A stretch of 64,000 nt of DNA from the NCBI GenBank assembly GCA_036504735.1, contig DASXUQ010000014.1, positions 31,852-95,851 on the forward strand, given 5' to 3'. The notes under the pieces were generated by a model. That model did no database searches and was not told where the DNA came from. It saw only the letters and a list, made by a program, of their open reading frames with translations. The DNA comes from a bacterium. GTDB lineage: Bacteria > Electryoneota > RPQS01. This document shows, one piece after another, positions 22,380 to 31,766 of the stretch; the first letter of the stretch is position 1, and each line of letters starts with the position of its first letter. Both the position numbers and the translations under genes were made by a program.

Positions 22380-24094
22380 GCGGACGATATGGGTTTGCTT
22401 CGCGATGCCTCACGGCCATCGTGTTGGTTCTGGCAACGGCATTGATGACATTTGCCGACGAGTCTACTCAATACCTGCAATTCCCGCTGGTTGATCATCC
22501 GGCGTACGATTACTTCAGCCGGCTGGAGACGTCGCAGGATGTCCCGCTGTTTTCCGGAACGCGGCCCTATCTGGGATTTGTATATCATCCGCGGCGGCTT
22601 CCGGAGGAGGCGTCGCGTTCCTGTGAGGCGCGGCGGTATCTGGCGGAAGGCTCGGGCAATATGTTTATCGTCGGGCAGTTCCGTGATGAACCTCGAGAGT
22701 CCTCTTGGAATGCAGTGAAGGACAAGCTACCCTTCGGCCTGCGCAGGGCATCGTGGCTCTACGAGAGTGGCTTTCATCTGGCGAGTTGGGAATACGATTC
22801 CACGCTGGCCGCCTCAATTCAACCGGTATATGGTCTCGATGTGATTCGCACGGACAGTGCGGACAGAACCATCAAACGATTTGCCGGTGGCCTGCGGGTT
22901 GAAGGCGGCTACGCCCAGCGCCTGCACTTCATGGTGGATTTCCGTGACTATACGGAATCGGGGAATGGTTCGTATCTGGGTGATGCCATTGGCCGGGGGC
23001 GGCTTTATGAAGACCGCTGGGGGCTGGTGGAACTCGGCGACAGCAGCTCGAAGCCCATGTCCACCTCATACAACATCTCCGAGTCCTTCCTGCAGTACTA
23101 CGGTCAAAATCTTTCGCTTGCGGCGGGAAGAGGCCGCTTTCGCTGGGGACCGGCGCAGTTCGGGTCGCTGTTTCTGAACTCGCAGATGCCCCCATTCGAC
23201 TATGTCCGCTTTGACGCCGCCATCGAGGCGCAGCACAGCGACGCCGCTGTGTATTACACGTTCCTGCACGGCTGGCTCGAATCGGATCTGCCGGCGGAAA
23301 CGTTGTATGTCAATCCGGGGGGACGTCCGCGCACGCTGGATGCGGCCAAGTATTTGAGCGCGCAGCGGCTGGAGCTTCGCCCGTTCCGAAATCTACTGTT
23401 CGGTCTGTCCCAGGGCATTGTCTATGGGGATCGCCCGGTTCAGCTTGGTTATGTGACCCCGTTGAACTTTCTGTACAGCGTGCAGCACTCCATGAACGAC
23501 AAAGACAATTTCGTTCTCGGAATGGATGGGACGTGGCGCCCCGTACGCGGCATGAAGTTTTACAGTGAGCTGTTCTTCGACGACATTACCGTATCGGCGC
23601 TGACCACCGCCAGGGGCACGAACAAGTCCGCCTACACGGTGGGCACACAGCTCATGCTGCCCCACCCCTTCTTTGAACATTTCGACGCCCGGGTGGAATA
23701 CACCAAGATCCGGCCATTTGTCTATTCGCACATTTTTGCCGCCAATGTATATACCCACTGGACGTCACCCATCGGGTATACCCGGCAGCCGAACAGCGAA
23801 TTCCTGACCGCGGAATTGCGGGCGGTGTTCTATCCGCTGGAGGTGGCCGTGCATATTGTCCATCAGAATCACGGCAGCGTCGGCGGAAACATCTACACGC
23901 CGCTCTACGAGAACAGCCAGACGAATGTCTACAAATTTCTGTCGGGCGACTTGGTGCGGACGACCCGCGCCGGATTGCAGGCTTCCTGCGAAGTGCTGCC
24001 CAACCTGTTTGTCTTTGCATCGGGAACGCAGGTGAAGACGACGGCCAAGCCGGATCGCGTGGAGTTGGAAGGCGGTTTCAGTTGGAATCGCTGA
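22376..24094 (+). CDS. Large outer-membrane beta-barrel protein (capsule-assembly Wzi-like or alginate-export-like). Translationally coupled to the upstream GT.
   Basis: Signal peptide. 572 aa, rich in alternating aromatic/Gly strands. ATGA overlap with the preceding gene. Confidence 0.4.
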   Translation: MSGRYGFASRCLTAIVLVLATALMTFADESTQYLQFPLVDHPAYDYFSRLETSQDVPLFSGTRPYLGFVYHPRRLPEEASRSCEARRYLAEGSGNMFIVGQFRDEPRESSWNAVKDKLPFGLRRASWLYESGFHLASWEYDSTLAASIQPVYGLDVIRTDSADRTIKRFAGGLRVEGGYAQRLHFMVDFRDYTESGNGSYLGDAIGRGRLYEDRWGLVELGDSSSKPMSTSYNISESFLQYYGQNLSLAAGRGRFRWGPAQFGSLFLNSQMPPFDYVRFDAAIEAQHSDAAVYYTFLHGWLESDLPAETLYVNPGGRPRTLDAAKYLSAQRLELRPFRNLLFGLSQGIVYGDRPVQLGYVTPLNFLYSVQHSMNDKDNFVLGMDGTWRPVRGMKFYSELFFDDITVSALTTARGTNKSAYTVGTQLMLPHPFFEHFDARVEYTKIRPFVYSHIFAANVYTHWTSPIGYTRQPNSEFLTAELRAVFYPLEVAVHIVHQNHGSVGGNIYTPLYENSQTNVYKFLSGDLVRTTRAGLQASCEVLPNLFVFASGTQVKTTAKPDRVELEGGFSWNR

Positions 24095-24301
24095 GGCCGA
24101 TAACGAGTGTAGGAGCGAGGTCCAAAAGAACCATCGTGTGGCCTGTTGAGGATCACGGCTATGGAACGTTTTGGCTACGTGTCTGAGGGTGAACAGCACT
24201 GGCCGGACACTTGCATAGTACTCGCGCTGGTCTCTTCGGGACTGGCCCCGAATTCGTTTGTTAGTTATTGATATTATGGATATTGTAATAGGAAGTGCGC
24301 T

Positions 24302-24544
24302 ATGGCGAAGATCATTATCGAATATTGCGCGGTCTGAAACTACTATCCGAAAGCGGTCAGTATGGCCGATTATCTTGAAAAACAAGGGTTTGACAGGCCG
24401 GAACTCCTTGCCTCATCCGGCGGTGCGTTTGAAGTCAAATTGCAGGGTGACCTCCTTTTCTCCAAACACCAGCAACACCGCTTCCCTGAGCAGGCCGAAG
24501 TTCTTGATTTGATTAAAAAAGCAACGAGTAATCCCGCATCATAA
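24302..24544 (+). CDS. SelW/Rdx-family selenoprotein. The in-frame TGA at 24335..24337 is read as selenocysteine (CxxU).
   Basis: ATG at 24302 with AGGAAG 8 nt upstream. Translation: MAKIIIEYCAV-U-NYYPKAVSMADYLEKQGFDRPELLASSGGAFEVKLQGDLLFSKHQQHRFPEQAEVLDLIKK. The C-terminal part (GGAFEV..GxLLFSK..RFP) matches the Rdx fold. The ORF track reports only the 60-aa fragment after the TGA. Confidence 0.6.
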
Positions 24545-24569
24545 TTCTCTCGTAAAGATATAGCAGGGC

Positions 24570-24598
24570 TTGACATTCCATAGTGCTCGCGTTATATT
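24570..24598 (+). promoter_or_regulatory. Sigma-70-type promoter (TTGACA-17-TATATT) for the beta-helix cargo gene.
   Basis: Exact consensus hexamers with a 17-nt spacer, about 60 nt upstream of the ATG at 24657. Confidence 0.55.
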
Positions 24599-24656
24599 CT
24601 CTACCGAAGAAACGTATTGGTCAACAAAGGCAACATCAACCGGCAAAGGTGGGAGA

Positions 24657-26300
24657 ATGAGGCGGCTGTTCGGTACCATTTTCACAGCGATTCTGTTGAG
24701 CATGGGCTTGCCCGTAATGCTCATCGCTGGGGGTACTCATGTCAGCGGAGACGTCTCGGGAGTGTGGCCCACCGGCGAAGTTGTGTTCGTGGATGCTCCG
24801 ATTTTCATCTCGCCGGACAAAGCCCTGGTCATTGAGCCCGGGGTTCGCATTAGCTTCAAGACAGATGCTCCGTTCGTAATTTCCGGCTCCCTGAGCGCCG
24901 TGGGATCGGTTGATGCGCCCATTGTGATCGAACCGATGGAAAATTGGTCCGGCTTCCAGTTTTTGGAAAACGGCACCAGCAATATCCGGGTTCTGCGCTA
25001 TGTTCACATCAGCACCGAATTCGGTTTGCCGGCCTACGTCGTCGTGGCGACTCGGTCCCTGCTGAATATCGACGACTGCGATTTCCGCGCACACTTGTCC
25101 TGTCTGTGGATGGACGGCGGTCGCCTCTGGGCAGATCGTAACAGCTTCCTCACCACAAATCAGTATTCGAAGGCTGTGCGCCTGAACCAGTTGCTCAATG
25201 ACGGCGGCTCGCCGTGTGAGACGGGCTCCGCCGGCAATCGTATGTCGGAAAACATGATCAAGGTGGACGCCGATGGAGACTTTAATCCCGGCGACGACCA
25301 GATGACCATGGGGTTGATGGTGGAAGGCTCCACCAACACCTGTTTCCGCGGCAATGTAATTACGGTGTCGGCACCCGGCCAGGTAATCGGCGCCTATTTC
25401 GGACGGACCAACGACGTTGGCACGGATATGTGGGTGTTGGACTACTGTGTCGTTACGGTTCGCGGATCGGGCGCGTGGGCGCACGGCATTTTCAATGCCA
25501 ATGAGGGTGCTCTGCGGGTGATCCGCTGTTCGGTGGATGTGGCCAACATTGGCGGCCATGATCCGATGGGTGTGATTGCCTCGGGTATTGCGCAGGTAAT
25601 GGTCAACAGTTGTCTCGTCCAGGTTGAGCGCGGCGCTTCCTATTACGTCACCTTGGGCGGACGGGCCTCCATGGATGTGGACTATTCCGATCAGTGGCGC
25701 CTCCCCGGCTCGTCCGATCAGCCTGGAAATCCTCCCGGTGGTGATGGCGGCGGCATTGGAGAATGGTCTGAGTACTCCACGCAGAGCATTGTGTACGGGA
25801 ACCATGTTTACTTCATGGATCCGAACTTACGGCGTGAAGGCGAATGGGGACAGTGGCATTCTATGTCCGACGTTCAGGCCTATTACGGCGTTGCGGCTCC
25901 GTCGCCGTGTATCGATAATGGTGATACGGTGTACTGCGGCTGGGATCCCGACCGCACACTGCCGGATATTGGCCGTTACTACTACGACGAAGGTGTGACT
26001 GGAACCGACCCGCAGCACCACGCCACACTGCCTGTCAGTGCGGTGCTGTCACCGGCGTTTCCCAATCCCTTCAATGCTACAACGGTTATTCCATTCGAAT
26101 TGAGCCGCGGTGGCTCGGTTCGCGTGGTCGTGTATGATGTCCTCGGGCGCGAGGTGGCGGTGCTGAAATCCGGAATGGTTCTGGCAGGCAGCCATCGAGT
26201 CCAATTCGGGGGCGAGAACCTTTCCTCCGGCTTGTACATCGTGACAGTTCAACTCGACGGCGTCGCTGTCGGATCTGAACGGGCGATGTTACTGAAATAG
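24657..26300 (+). CDS. Right-handed parallel beta-helix repeat protein with a T9SS C-terminal sorting domain.
   Basis: Start reassigned to the ATG at 24657 (signal peptide MRRLFGTIFTAILLSMGLPVMLIAGG; RBS aaaggtgggaga). C-terminus FPNPFNATTVIPFEL...LYIVTVQLDG...AMLLK. Confidence 0.75.
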   Translation: MRRLFGTIFTAILLSMGLPVMLIAGGTHVSGDVSGVWPTGEVVFVDAPIFISPDKALVIEPGVRISFKTDAPFVISGSLSAVGSVDAPIVIEPMENWSGFQFLENGTSNIRVLRYVHISTEFGLPAYVVVATRSLLNIDDCDFRAHLSCLWMDGGRLWADRNSFLTTNQYSKAVRLNQLLNDGGSPCETGSAGNRMSENMIKVDADGDFNPGDDQMTMGLMVEGSTNTCFRGNVITVSAPGQVIGAYFGRTNDVGTDMWVLDYCVVTVRGSGAWAHGIFNANEGALRVIRCSVDVANIGGHDPMGVIASGIAQVMVNSCLVQVERGASYYVTLGGRASMDVDYSDQWRLPGSSDQPGNPPGGDGGGIGEWSEYSTQSIVYGNHVYFMDPNLRREGEWGQWHSMSDVQAYYGVAAPSPCIDNGDTVYCGWDPDRTLPDIGRYYYDEGVTGTDPQHHATLPVSAVLSPAFPNPFNATTVIPFELSRGGSVRVVVYDVLGREVAVLKSGMVLAGSHRVQFGGENLSSGLYIVTVQLDGVAVGSERAMLLK

Positions 26301-26464
26301 TTTGGTTCTTCAAAAACAGGATATTATGATAGAAGCCGCAGCAGCCCTTGTTGCGGCTTCCGTTTGGGGGACAGTGTGCATGACGCAAATTTTTGCGTGC
26401 ACACCGCCTTGATTTGCACGCAAAAAAGTGTATCTTATTAGGGATAACAATCGGCAAACCCCCA

Positions 26465-27273
26465 TGAAACTCTTTCTCCCCGTTGTACTGGTGTTCATTG
26501 TGCTTGCCGGCTGCCGCTGGACGCCCGAGCGCGACAGCACGGTGGATCCCAACTCTCCCTTCTACGTTCTTCCTCATTTCAATCGTAGACCGGCTATCGA
26601 CAGCGTTAAGATGATTACGGATTGCCGGGAAGATCTGATCGGCGACCAATGCGTCTTTGAAGTCCAGTGCTGGGTCAGCGACTCCGACCGCAATATCATT
26701 TACGATTCCCTGATTGCCCGCGTAGACACGGTGGTCCTTGGCCGGATGGCATTCGATCCCGATATTCGGGGCTTCTCCATCCGCCGGGGCGAAAGAGACA
26801 TGCCCGCTGGAGACCTTGATCATTACGTTGGGGATTCCATCTGGGTGACCGTCGTGGATGATTCCGGCGCCCAGACCTCGCGGGGAATCGAGTTCCATCA
26901 GCCTGTCAGATCCCCTTGGCCTCTCAAGAATCATCCCGTAGGCGAAACCGGGCCGGATATCGTCACCGATTACCATCCGCGTCTGGGCTGGTTCTACTGG
27001 GGGAATCTGGATGACGGCCACAAGTTCTCCGTGCTCGTCCAGCGGGATGGACAGAATGATGTGTGGGATACGACGGGCCTGGCGCCTGCCGATACATTCA
27101 TAGTGATCACGGACAGTCTCTCCGATTCCAACCTCCGCCCGGTAAACTACTCCTGGACTCTGACCGTCACCAACCGGCGGGGCGACAAACTGACCTGCCG
27201 TCCCGGACATTTTCAAATTTGGACAGATATGTTTTTGCGCGGTAAAGACAGAAGGATTGAATCGCCCAAATAG
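26465..27273 (+). CDS. Hypothetical lipoprotein.
   Basis: MKLFLPVVLVFIVLAGC lipobox. No recognisable domain. The stop is 3 nt before the next gene. Confidence 0.55.
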
Positions 27274-27276
27274 CCC

Positions 27277-28800
27277 ATGCTCGAAAACTCTTCAACGACG
27301 ACGCGTCCTGCGCAGGTGCCGGGTGCCGGTATGCTGCCGCAGGAGCAACTTCATGCGCTTTATGAAATCTCTCAGGTCCTGAACTCGATTCCGGACATTG
27401 ACCGCCTGCTGGAACGGGTCATGGACATCGCCTTACAGGCGGTGGATGCCGAGCGCGGCTTTCTGGTGTTGCAGGAAAGTGACAGTGGCAAACTGACGGT
27501 GCGCACGGCGCGGAACATCGCGCCTGAATCGGCGCTCTCCATCGCCGACATCAGCCACTCCATCGTGCAGGAAGTGATCGATTCGCAGCGCGGCGTACTC
27601 ACCGTGGACGCTCAGGCCGATCCGCGTTTCGCCGGCTCCGAGTCGGTGATCTTTAAGCAGATTCGCGCGGTCATGTCCGTGCCGTTCCTGCTGCGCGGCA
27701 AGATTCTCGGGGCCATTTATCTGGACAGCAAGGCCAAGCGCAGCGGTTTCACCGACGATTCCCTCGGCTTCCTGAAATCCTTCTCCAATCTTGCGGCCAT
27801 CGCGATTGAAAACGCGCGGCTGATGGAGAACCTGCGGGATGAGAACTACCAGCTCCGCACGGAGGTGCAGCGCACCTACCATTTCCGGGAGATCATCGGG
27901 TCCTCGCAGCGCATGCAGAATGTCTTCGAGATTCTCGGAAAAATTATCCACTCGGATATTTCCGTGCTGCTGGAAGGCGAGTCGGGAACCGGCAAGGAAC
28001 TGGTGGCGCGCGCGCTTCATTATAATGGGCCGCGCCGCGACAAGCCGTTCATCGCCCAGTTCTGCGGCAACCTTTCCGAGACGCTGCTCGAAAGCGAACT
28101 CTTCGGCCACAAGCGCGGATCCTTTACCGGCGCGATTACCGACAAGAAAGGCCTGCTCGAAGTGGCGAACGGCGGAACCTTCTTCCTCGATGAAATCGCC
28201 GACATCCCCATGTCCATCCAGACCAAGCTTCTGCGCGTTTTGCAGGACGGCGAGTTCCGCAGGGTAGGGGACACCGAGAATCGCAAGGCCAACGTGCGTA
28301 TCGTGTCGGCCACCAACAAGTCGCTGGCGCGCGAAGTCGAAAAGGGCACGTTCCGCGAGGATCTTTTCTACCGTTTGAATGTCATCACGGTCAGTATGCC
28401 GCCGCTGCGGGAGCGCACCGGAGACATTCCTTTGCTGGTCACTCACTTTCTGGCCAAGCACGCCAACAAGAACAATGATCGCGTGAAGAAGATCACCAAC
28501 GAGGCGATGCGGATTCTCGAGACCTATCACTGGCCGGGCAATGTGCGCGAACTGGAGAATGCCGTCGAACGCGCCATCGTGCTGGCCGAAGACCGGGACA
28601 TCACGCCGTCCGAGCTGATCATTCCCCGCGTCGCCAAGCCTGCCGGCAATTCCAAGTCCCTCAAGGAATACGAACGCGATCTGGTGCTGAAGACCCTCGA
28701 GGAAATGAAGGGCAACAAGACCCACACCGCCGAGGCTCTTGGCGTGTCCCTCCGCTGGCTGCATTACAAGCTCGCCGAATGGAAAGTGGGCATCCACTGA
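27277..28800 (+). CDS. Sigma-54-dependent transcriptional activator (NtrC/NifA-type EBP) with an N-terminal GAF domain and a C-terminal Fis-type HTH.
   Basis: Walker A GESGTGKE, GAFTGA loop, ESELFGH. C-terminal HTH TAEALGVSLRWLHYKL. Confidence 0.9.
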   Translation: MLENSSTTTRPAQVPGAGMLPQEQLHALYEISQVLNSIPDIDRLLERVMDIALQAVDAERGFLVLQESDSGKLTVRTARNIAPESALSIADISHSIVQEVIDSQRGVLTVDAQADPRFAGSESVIFKQIRAVMSVPFLLRGKILGAIYLDSKAKRSGFTDDSLGFLKSFSNLAAIAIENARLMENLRDENYQLRTEVQRTYHFREIIGSSQRMQNVFEILGKIIHSDISVLLEGESGTGKELVARALHYNGPRRDKPFIAQFCGNLSETLLESELFGHKRGSFTGAITDKKGLLEVANGGTFFLDEIADIPMSIQTKLLRVLQDGEFRRVGDTENRKANVRIVSATNKSLAREVEKGTFREDLFYRLNVITVSMPPLRERTGDIPLLVTHFLAKHANKNNDRVKKITNEAMRILETYHWPGNVRELENAVERAIVLAEDRDITPSELIIPRVAKPAGNSKSLKEYERDLVLKTLEEMKGNKTHTAEALGVSLRWLHYKLAEWKVGIH

Positions 28801-28802
28801 GA

Positions 28803-28830
28803 GGCAAGGATGAAGGATGAAGGATGAAGG
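28803..28830. repeat. Heptanucleotide tandem repeat (AAGGATG), about 3.7 copies.
   Basis: caaggatgaaggatgaaggatgaaggaat, immediately after the EBP stop codon. Confidence 0.6.
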
Positions 28831-29007
28831 AATACTACTCCACACTGTTCGGGTGTAGGGGCCGATTGCTCGGCCCACTCCCAACCCACACCGCATCCAC
28901 AACCTGGCCAAACCCCGTCTCATCAGCCCTCTTCCTTTTGGCATTTTGGCTTTTTAGATTTTTGACTTTTATCTTCAGGTTCTGCCGACTACGCATACCT
29001 ATAGAAC

Positions 29008-30657
29008 ATGGCTGATCACGACAGCCGTTTGACGCTGACGCGGGAAATCGCCCGCAGTGGAATCGCTACGGTCTGGGAGGGATATGACTCGGGGCTTGAC
29101 CGCAAAGTCCTGGTCAAGTCCATTCATCCCCAGTACGCGCGCGAGTCTGATCTGCGCATGCGATTTGAACGCGAAGCGCGCGCCATTGCCAAGCTCTCCC
29201 ATCCCAATGTGGTTCAGATTTATGATCTGCACGCGGGGGTGGAGGAGCTTTCTCTCATCCTCGAATTCGTGGAAGGCGCAAGCCTCGGCAAACTGCTCAA
29301 GGATCGCGGCGCGTTGCCGGTGGAAGTGGCCGTCACGCTGGCCGCCGAAATCCTCGCCGGACTGGAACATGCCCACGCCGCCGGCATCATTCACCGCGAT
29401 CTGAAGCCGGACAACGTGCTGGTGTCCAAGCGCGGTGAGGTGAAGATCACCGACTTCGGTCTGGCTTCGCTCAAAGACCAGCCCACCGTGACGCAGGAAG
29501 GCATGGTCATCGGCACGCCATCCTATATGGCCCCCGAGCAGGCGGACGGCAGTGAGATCACTCCGGCGACCGATGTCTTTGCGCTGGGCCTGATCCTGTT
29601 CGAGATGCTGACCGGCAAGCGGATTCACGCCGGCGCCACTCTGGCCGAGACCTTTCAGAATGTTCTGAAATACCAGCCGCCGCGCTTTGAAGATTACCGC
29701 GAGACGATTTCTCCCGGCATCGAATTTGTCCTGCGGCGGATGCTGGAGAAGGCTCCTGCCAGGCGCTACACCTCGGCGGTCGAAGCCCATGCCGCTCTAC
29801 TGCAGACCCAGCCCGATGGCCTCCTGCCCAATGCCCTGATCGCCGATTTCCTCTCCGGAGATACGGTGCGCCGTCCTGTGGTGACAGGCAAGGTGCAGGC
29901 CCGCGCGCGGTCTAAATCTGTCCGCACTATGGCGATTGGGCTGCTGGTGGTCGTCGCTGCAGGTGCCGCTTATCAGCTCATCACCACCCGGGCCTGGGAG
30001 AAGGCGCATACCTTGCCGCCCGTGGTGCTGACCGATACGATTCCCCTGCCCACACCTCCCGGCGACACCGTGCGGGTTAAGCCCGGCCCGACTCCTCCTG
30101 AAACTCTTTCCACCGGTGGCGTCGCGCAGAAGCCGCCCGTCAAACCTGTTTCCCCGCAGAATCCTCCCGGAAAGAAAGATACCACCGCAGGAGTGGCGGC
30201 TGCCCGCCAGCCCGGAACGCTCGACATCACGTGCCGCCCGTGGGCGACCGTCTACATCGCCGATTCCCTGATCGGCACAACTCCCTTGCCCAGCCCACTT
30301 CGGCTGTCAGAGGGCACGTATAGCCTTGTTCTGGTCAATCCTGAGATCGGTCTGCCTGTGGTGCGTACGGTGACCGTCAAAGGCGGCCAGACCACCGACC
30401 TGCGGGTCAATCTCTACGATTATGTGGCCCGGATCCGCATCGCCTCGGTCAAGCCGTGGGCGGACGTCTTTGTCAATGGCAAGTTCGAACTGCGCACCCC
30501 TTCCTCCAAAACCATCTTCCGCCCCCTTGGCACCTACACTCTGTCGTTGAAGAACCCCGACTATCCGGTCTACACCGATACTCTGACTTTCCGGGAAGGG
30601 GAGGCCCTGCGCGAAATCCGGGTGGACCTCACCGCAGCCAACGGCGCGTCCAAGTAA
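29008..30657 (+). CDS. Hanks-type Ser/Thr protein kinase with one TM segment, a Pro-rich linker and two C-terminal PEGA domains.
   Basis: HRDLKPDNVLV, DFGLA, SYMAPEQ. PEGA-like TCRPWATVYIADSLIGTTP... and VKPWADVFVNGKF... Confidence 0.85.
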   Translation: MADHDSRLTLTREIARSGIATVWEGYDSGLDRKVLVKSIHPQYARESDLRMRFEREARAIAKLSHPNVVQIYDLHAGVEELSLILEFVEGASLGKLLKDRGALPVEVAVTLAAEILAGLEHAHAAGIIHRDLKPDNVLVSKRGEVKITDFGLASLKDQPTVTQEGMVIGTPSYMAPEQADGSEITPATDVFALGLILFEMLTGKRIHAGATLAETFQNVLKYQPPRFEDYRETISPGIEFVLRRMLEKAPARRYTSAVEAHAALLQTQPDGLLPNALIADFLSGDTVRRPVVTGKVQARARSKSVRTMAIGLLVVVAAGAAYQLITTRAWEKAHTLPPVVLTDTIPLPTPPGDTVRVKPGPTPPETLSTGGVAQKPPVKPVSPQNPPGKKDTTAGVAAARQPGTLDITCRPWATVYIADSLIGTTPLPSPLRLSEGTYSLVLVNPEIGLPVVRTVTVKGGQTTDLRVNLYDYVARIRIASVKPWADVFVNGKFELRTPSSKTIFRPLGTYTLSLKNPDYPVYTDTLTFREGEALREIRVDLTAANGASK

Positions 30658-30823
30658 CTCCCGTCGGAAAGCCTACCCACAGATCCAAGAATCGCTCCCA
30701 AAACGGAGAAACTGGGTCGAATTTGGCGGTTAACACTTAAATGGGAACATTTTGGGTTGCAGAGAGTTTCTCTGAAGTTAGTGCAAGTAATCTCAAGGCA
30801 GATAAACTTCTTGTGAGTGGTCA

Positions 30824-31759
30824 ATGATCCAACTGACTCAAGTTACAAAATCCTACAACGGCGTGAAGGCGGTCAACGACATCACGCTGTCCATCCCGCA
30901 GGGCCAAATTTTGGGATTTCTCGGCCCCAACGGAGCCGGGAAAACCACCACCATGCGGATGCTTACCTGCTACATGCCGCCGACATCGGGATCTATCTCG
31001 GTGGACGGCCTCGATGTGGATGAGCATTCGCTGGAGGTTCGCAGGAAGATCGGCTATCTTCCCGAAATGGCTCCGGCCTATCAGGACATCAACGTGGTGG
31101 ATTATCTCCGCTACGTGTGCGATTTGCGGCATGTACCCAAGGAAAACCGCAGCGCCCGGATCAAGGCGATTGTCGACCGCTGCGGCCTGCAGGACGTGCT
31201 GGGCAAGGACATCGGCCAGCTCTCCAAGGGCTACCGGCAGCGCATCGGTCTGGCCCAGGCCATGGTGCATGATCCCGACATTCTGGTGCTGGATGAACCC
31301 ACGGCGGGTCTGGACCCCAACCAGATCGCCGAGATCCGCATGCTGATCAAGGAACTCGGACGGCAGAAGACGGTGATTCTCTCCACGCATATTCTGTCGG
31401 AAGTGCAGGCCACCTGCTCGCGGATCGTCATCATCAATCAGGGCCGCATCGTAGCCGATGACACTCCCGAAGGTTTGCAGGCCGGCGCGGAAGGCCGCAC
31501 CGTACTGCTCACCACCGTGCGCACCGCCGCCAAGGATGCCCTGGCCAAGGTTCGCACCCTGCCCGGCGTGGAACTGGCGCGCGAAATGCCCGGTTCTTCC
31601 GGCACCGTGCGCATGCGCATCGAAGCCGGCGGCGGCGTCGATCTGCGCGAAGATTTCTTCCGCATGGCCGTGCGCGAAAACTGGGTGATCCTTGAGATGC
31701 TTCTTGAAGCCCACAGCCTCGAGGACGTGTTCCATAAACTTACCGTCGAGGACAAATAG
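30824..31759 (+). CDS. ABC transporter ATP-binding protein (GldA-like).
   Basis: Walker A GPNGAGKTT, signature LSKGYRQR, Walker B ILVLDEPT. Confidence 0.85.
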   Translation: MIQLTQVTKSYNGVKAVNDITLSIPQGQILGFLGPNGAGKTTTMRMLTCYMPPTSGSISVDGLDVDEHSLEVRRKIGYLPEMAPAYQDINVVDYLRYVCDLRHVPKENRSARIKAIVDRCGLQDVLGKDIGQLSKGYRQRIGLAQAMVHDPDILVLDEPTAGLDPNQIAEIRMLIKELGRQKTVILSTHILSEVQATCSRIVIINQGRIVADDTPEGLQAGAEGRTVLLTTVRTAAKDALAKVRTLPGVELAREMPGSSGTVRMRIEAGGGVDLREDFFRMAVRENWVILEMLLEAHSLEDVFHKLTVEDK

Positions 31760-31766
31760 CAGAGAT

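Noticed and set aside
26086-27216. 376-aa minus-strand ORF overlapping the lipoprotein gene and the 3' end of the T9SS beta-helix gene.
   Set aside because: It crosses two plus-strand genes with clear N- and C-terminal signals (lipobox, T9SS CTD). Arg-rich nonsense composition.
27433-28944. 503-aa minus-strand ORF antisense to the sigma-54 activator gene.
   Set aside because: No motifs or domain signatures. It is Arg/Gly/Ala-rich, the typical antisense product of high-GC coding DNA. The plus-strand gene has unambiguous AAA+/HTH signatures.
28925-28950. Candidate sigma-54 promoter TTGGCATTTTGGCTTTT upstream of the kinase gene.
   Set aside because: The GG and GC elements are 9 nt apart rather than the 12 nt in the TGGCACG-N4-TTGC consensus. 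Not convincing.
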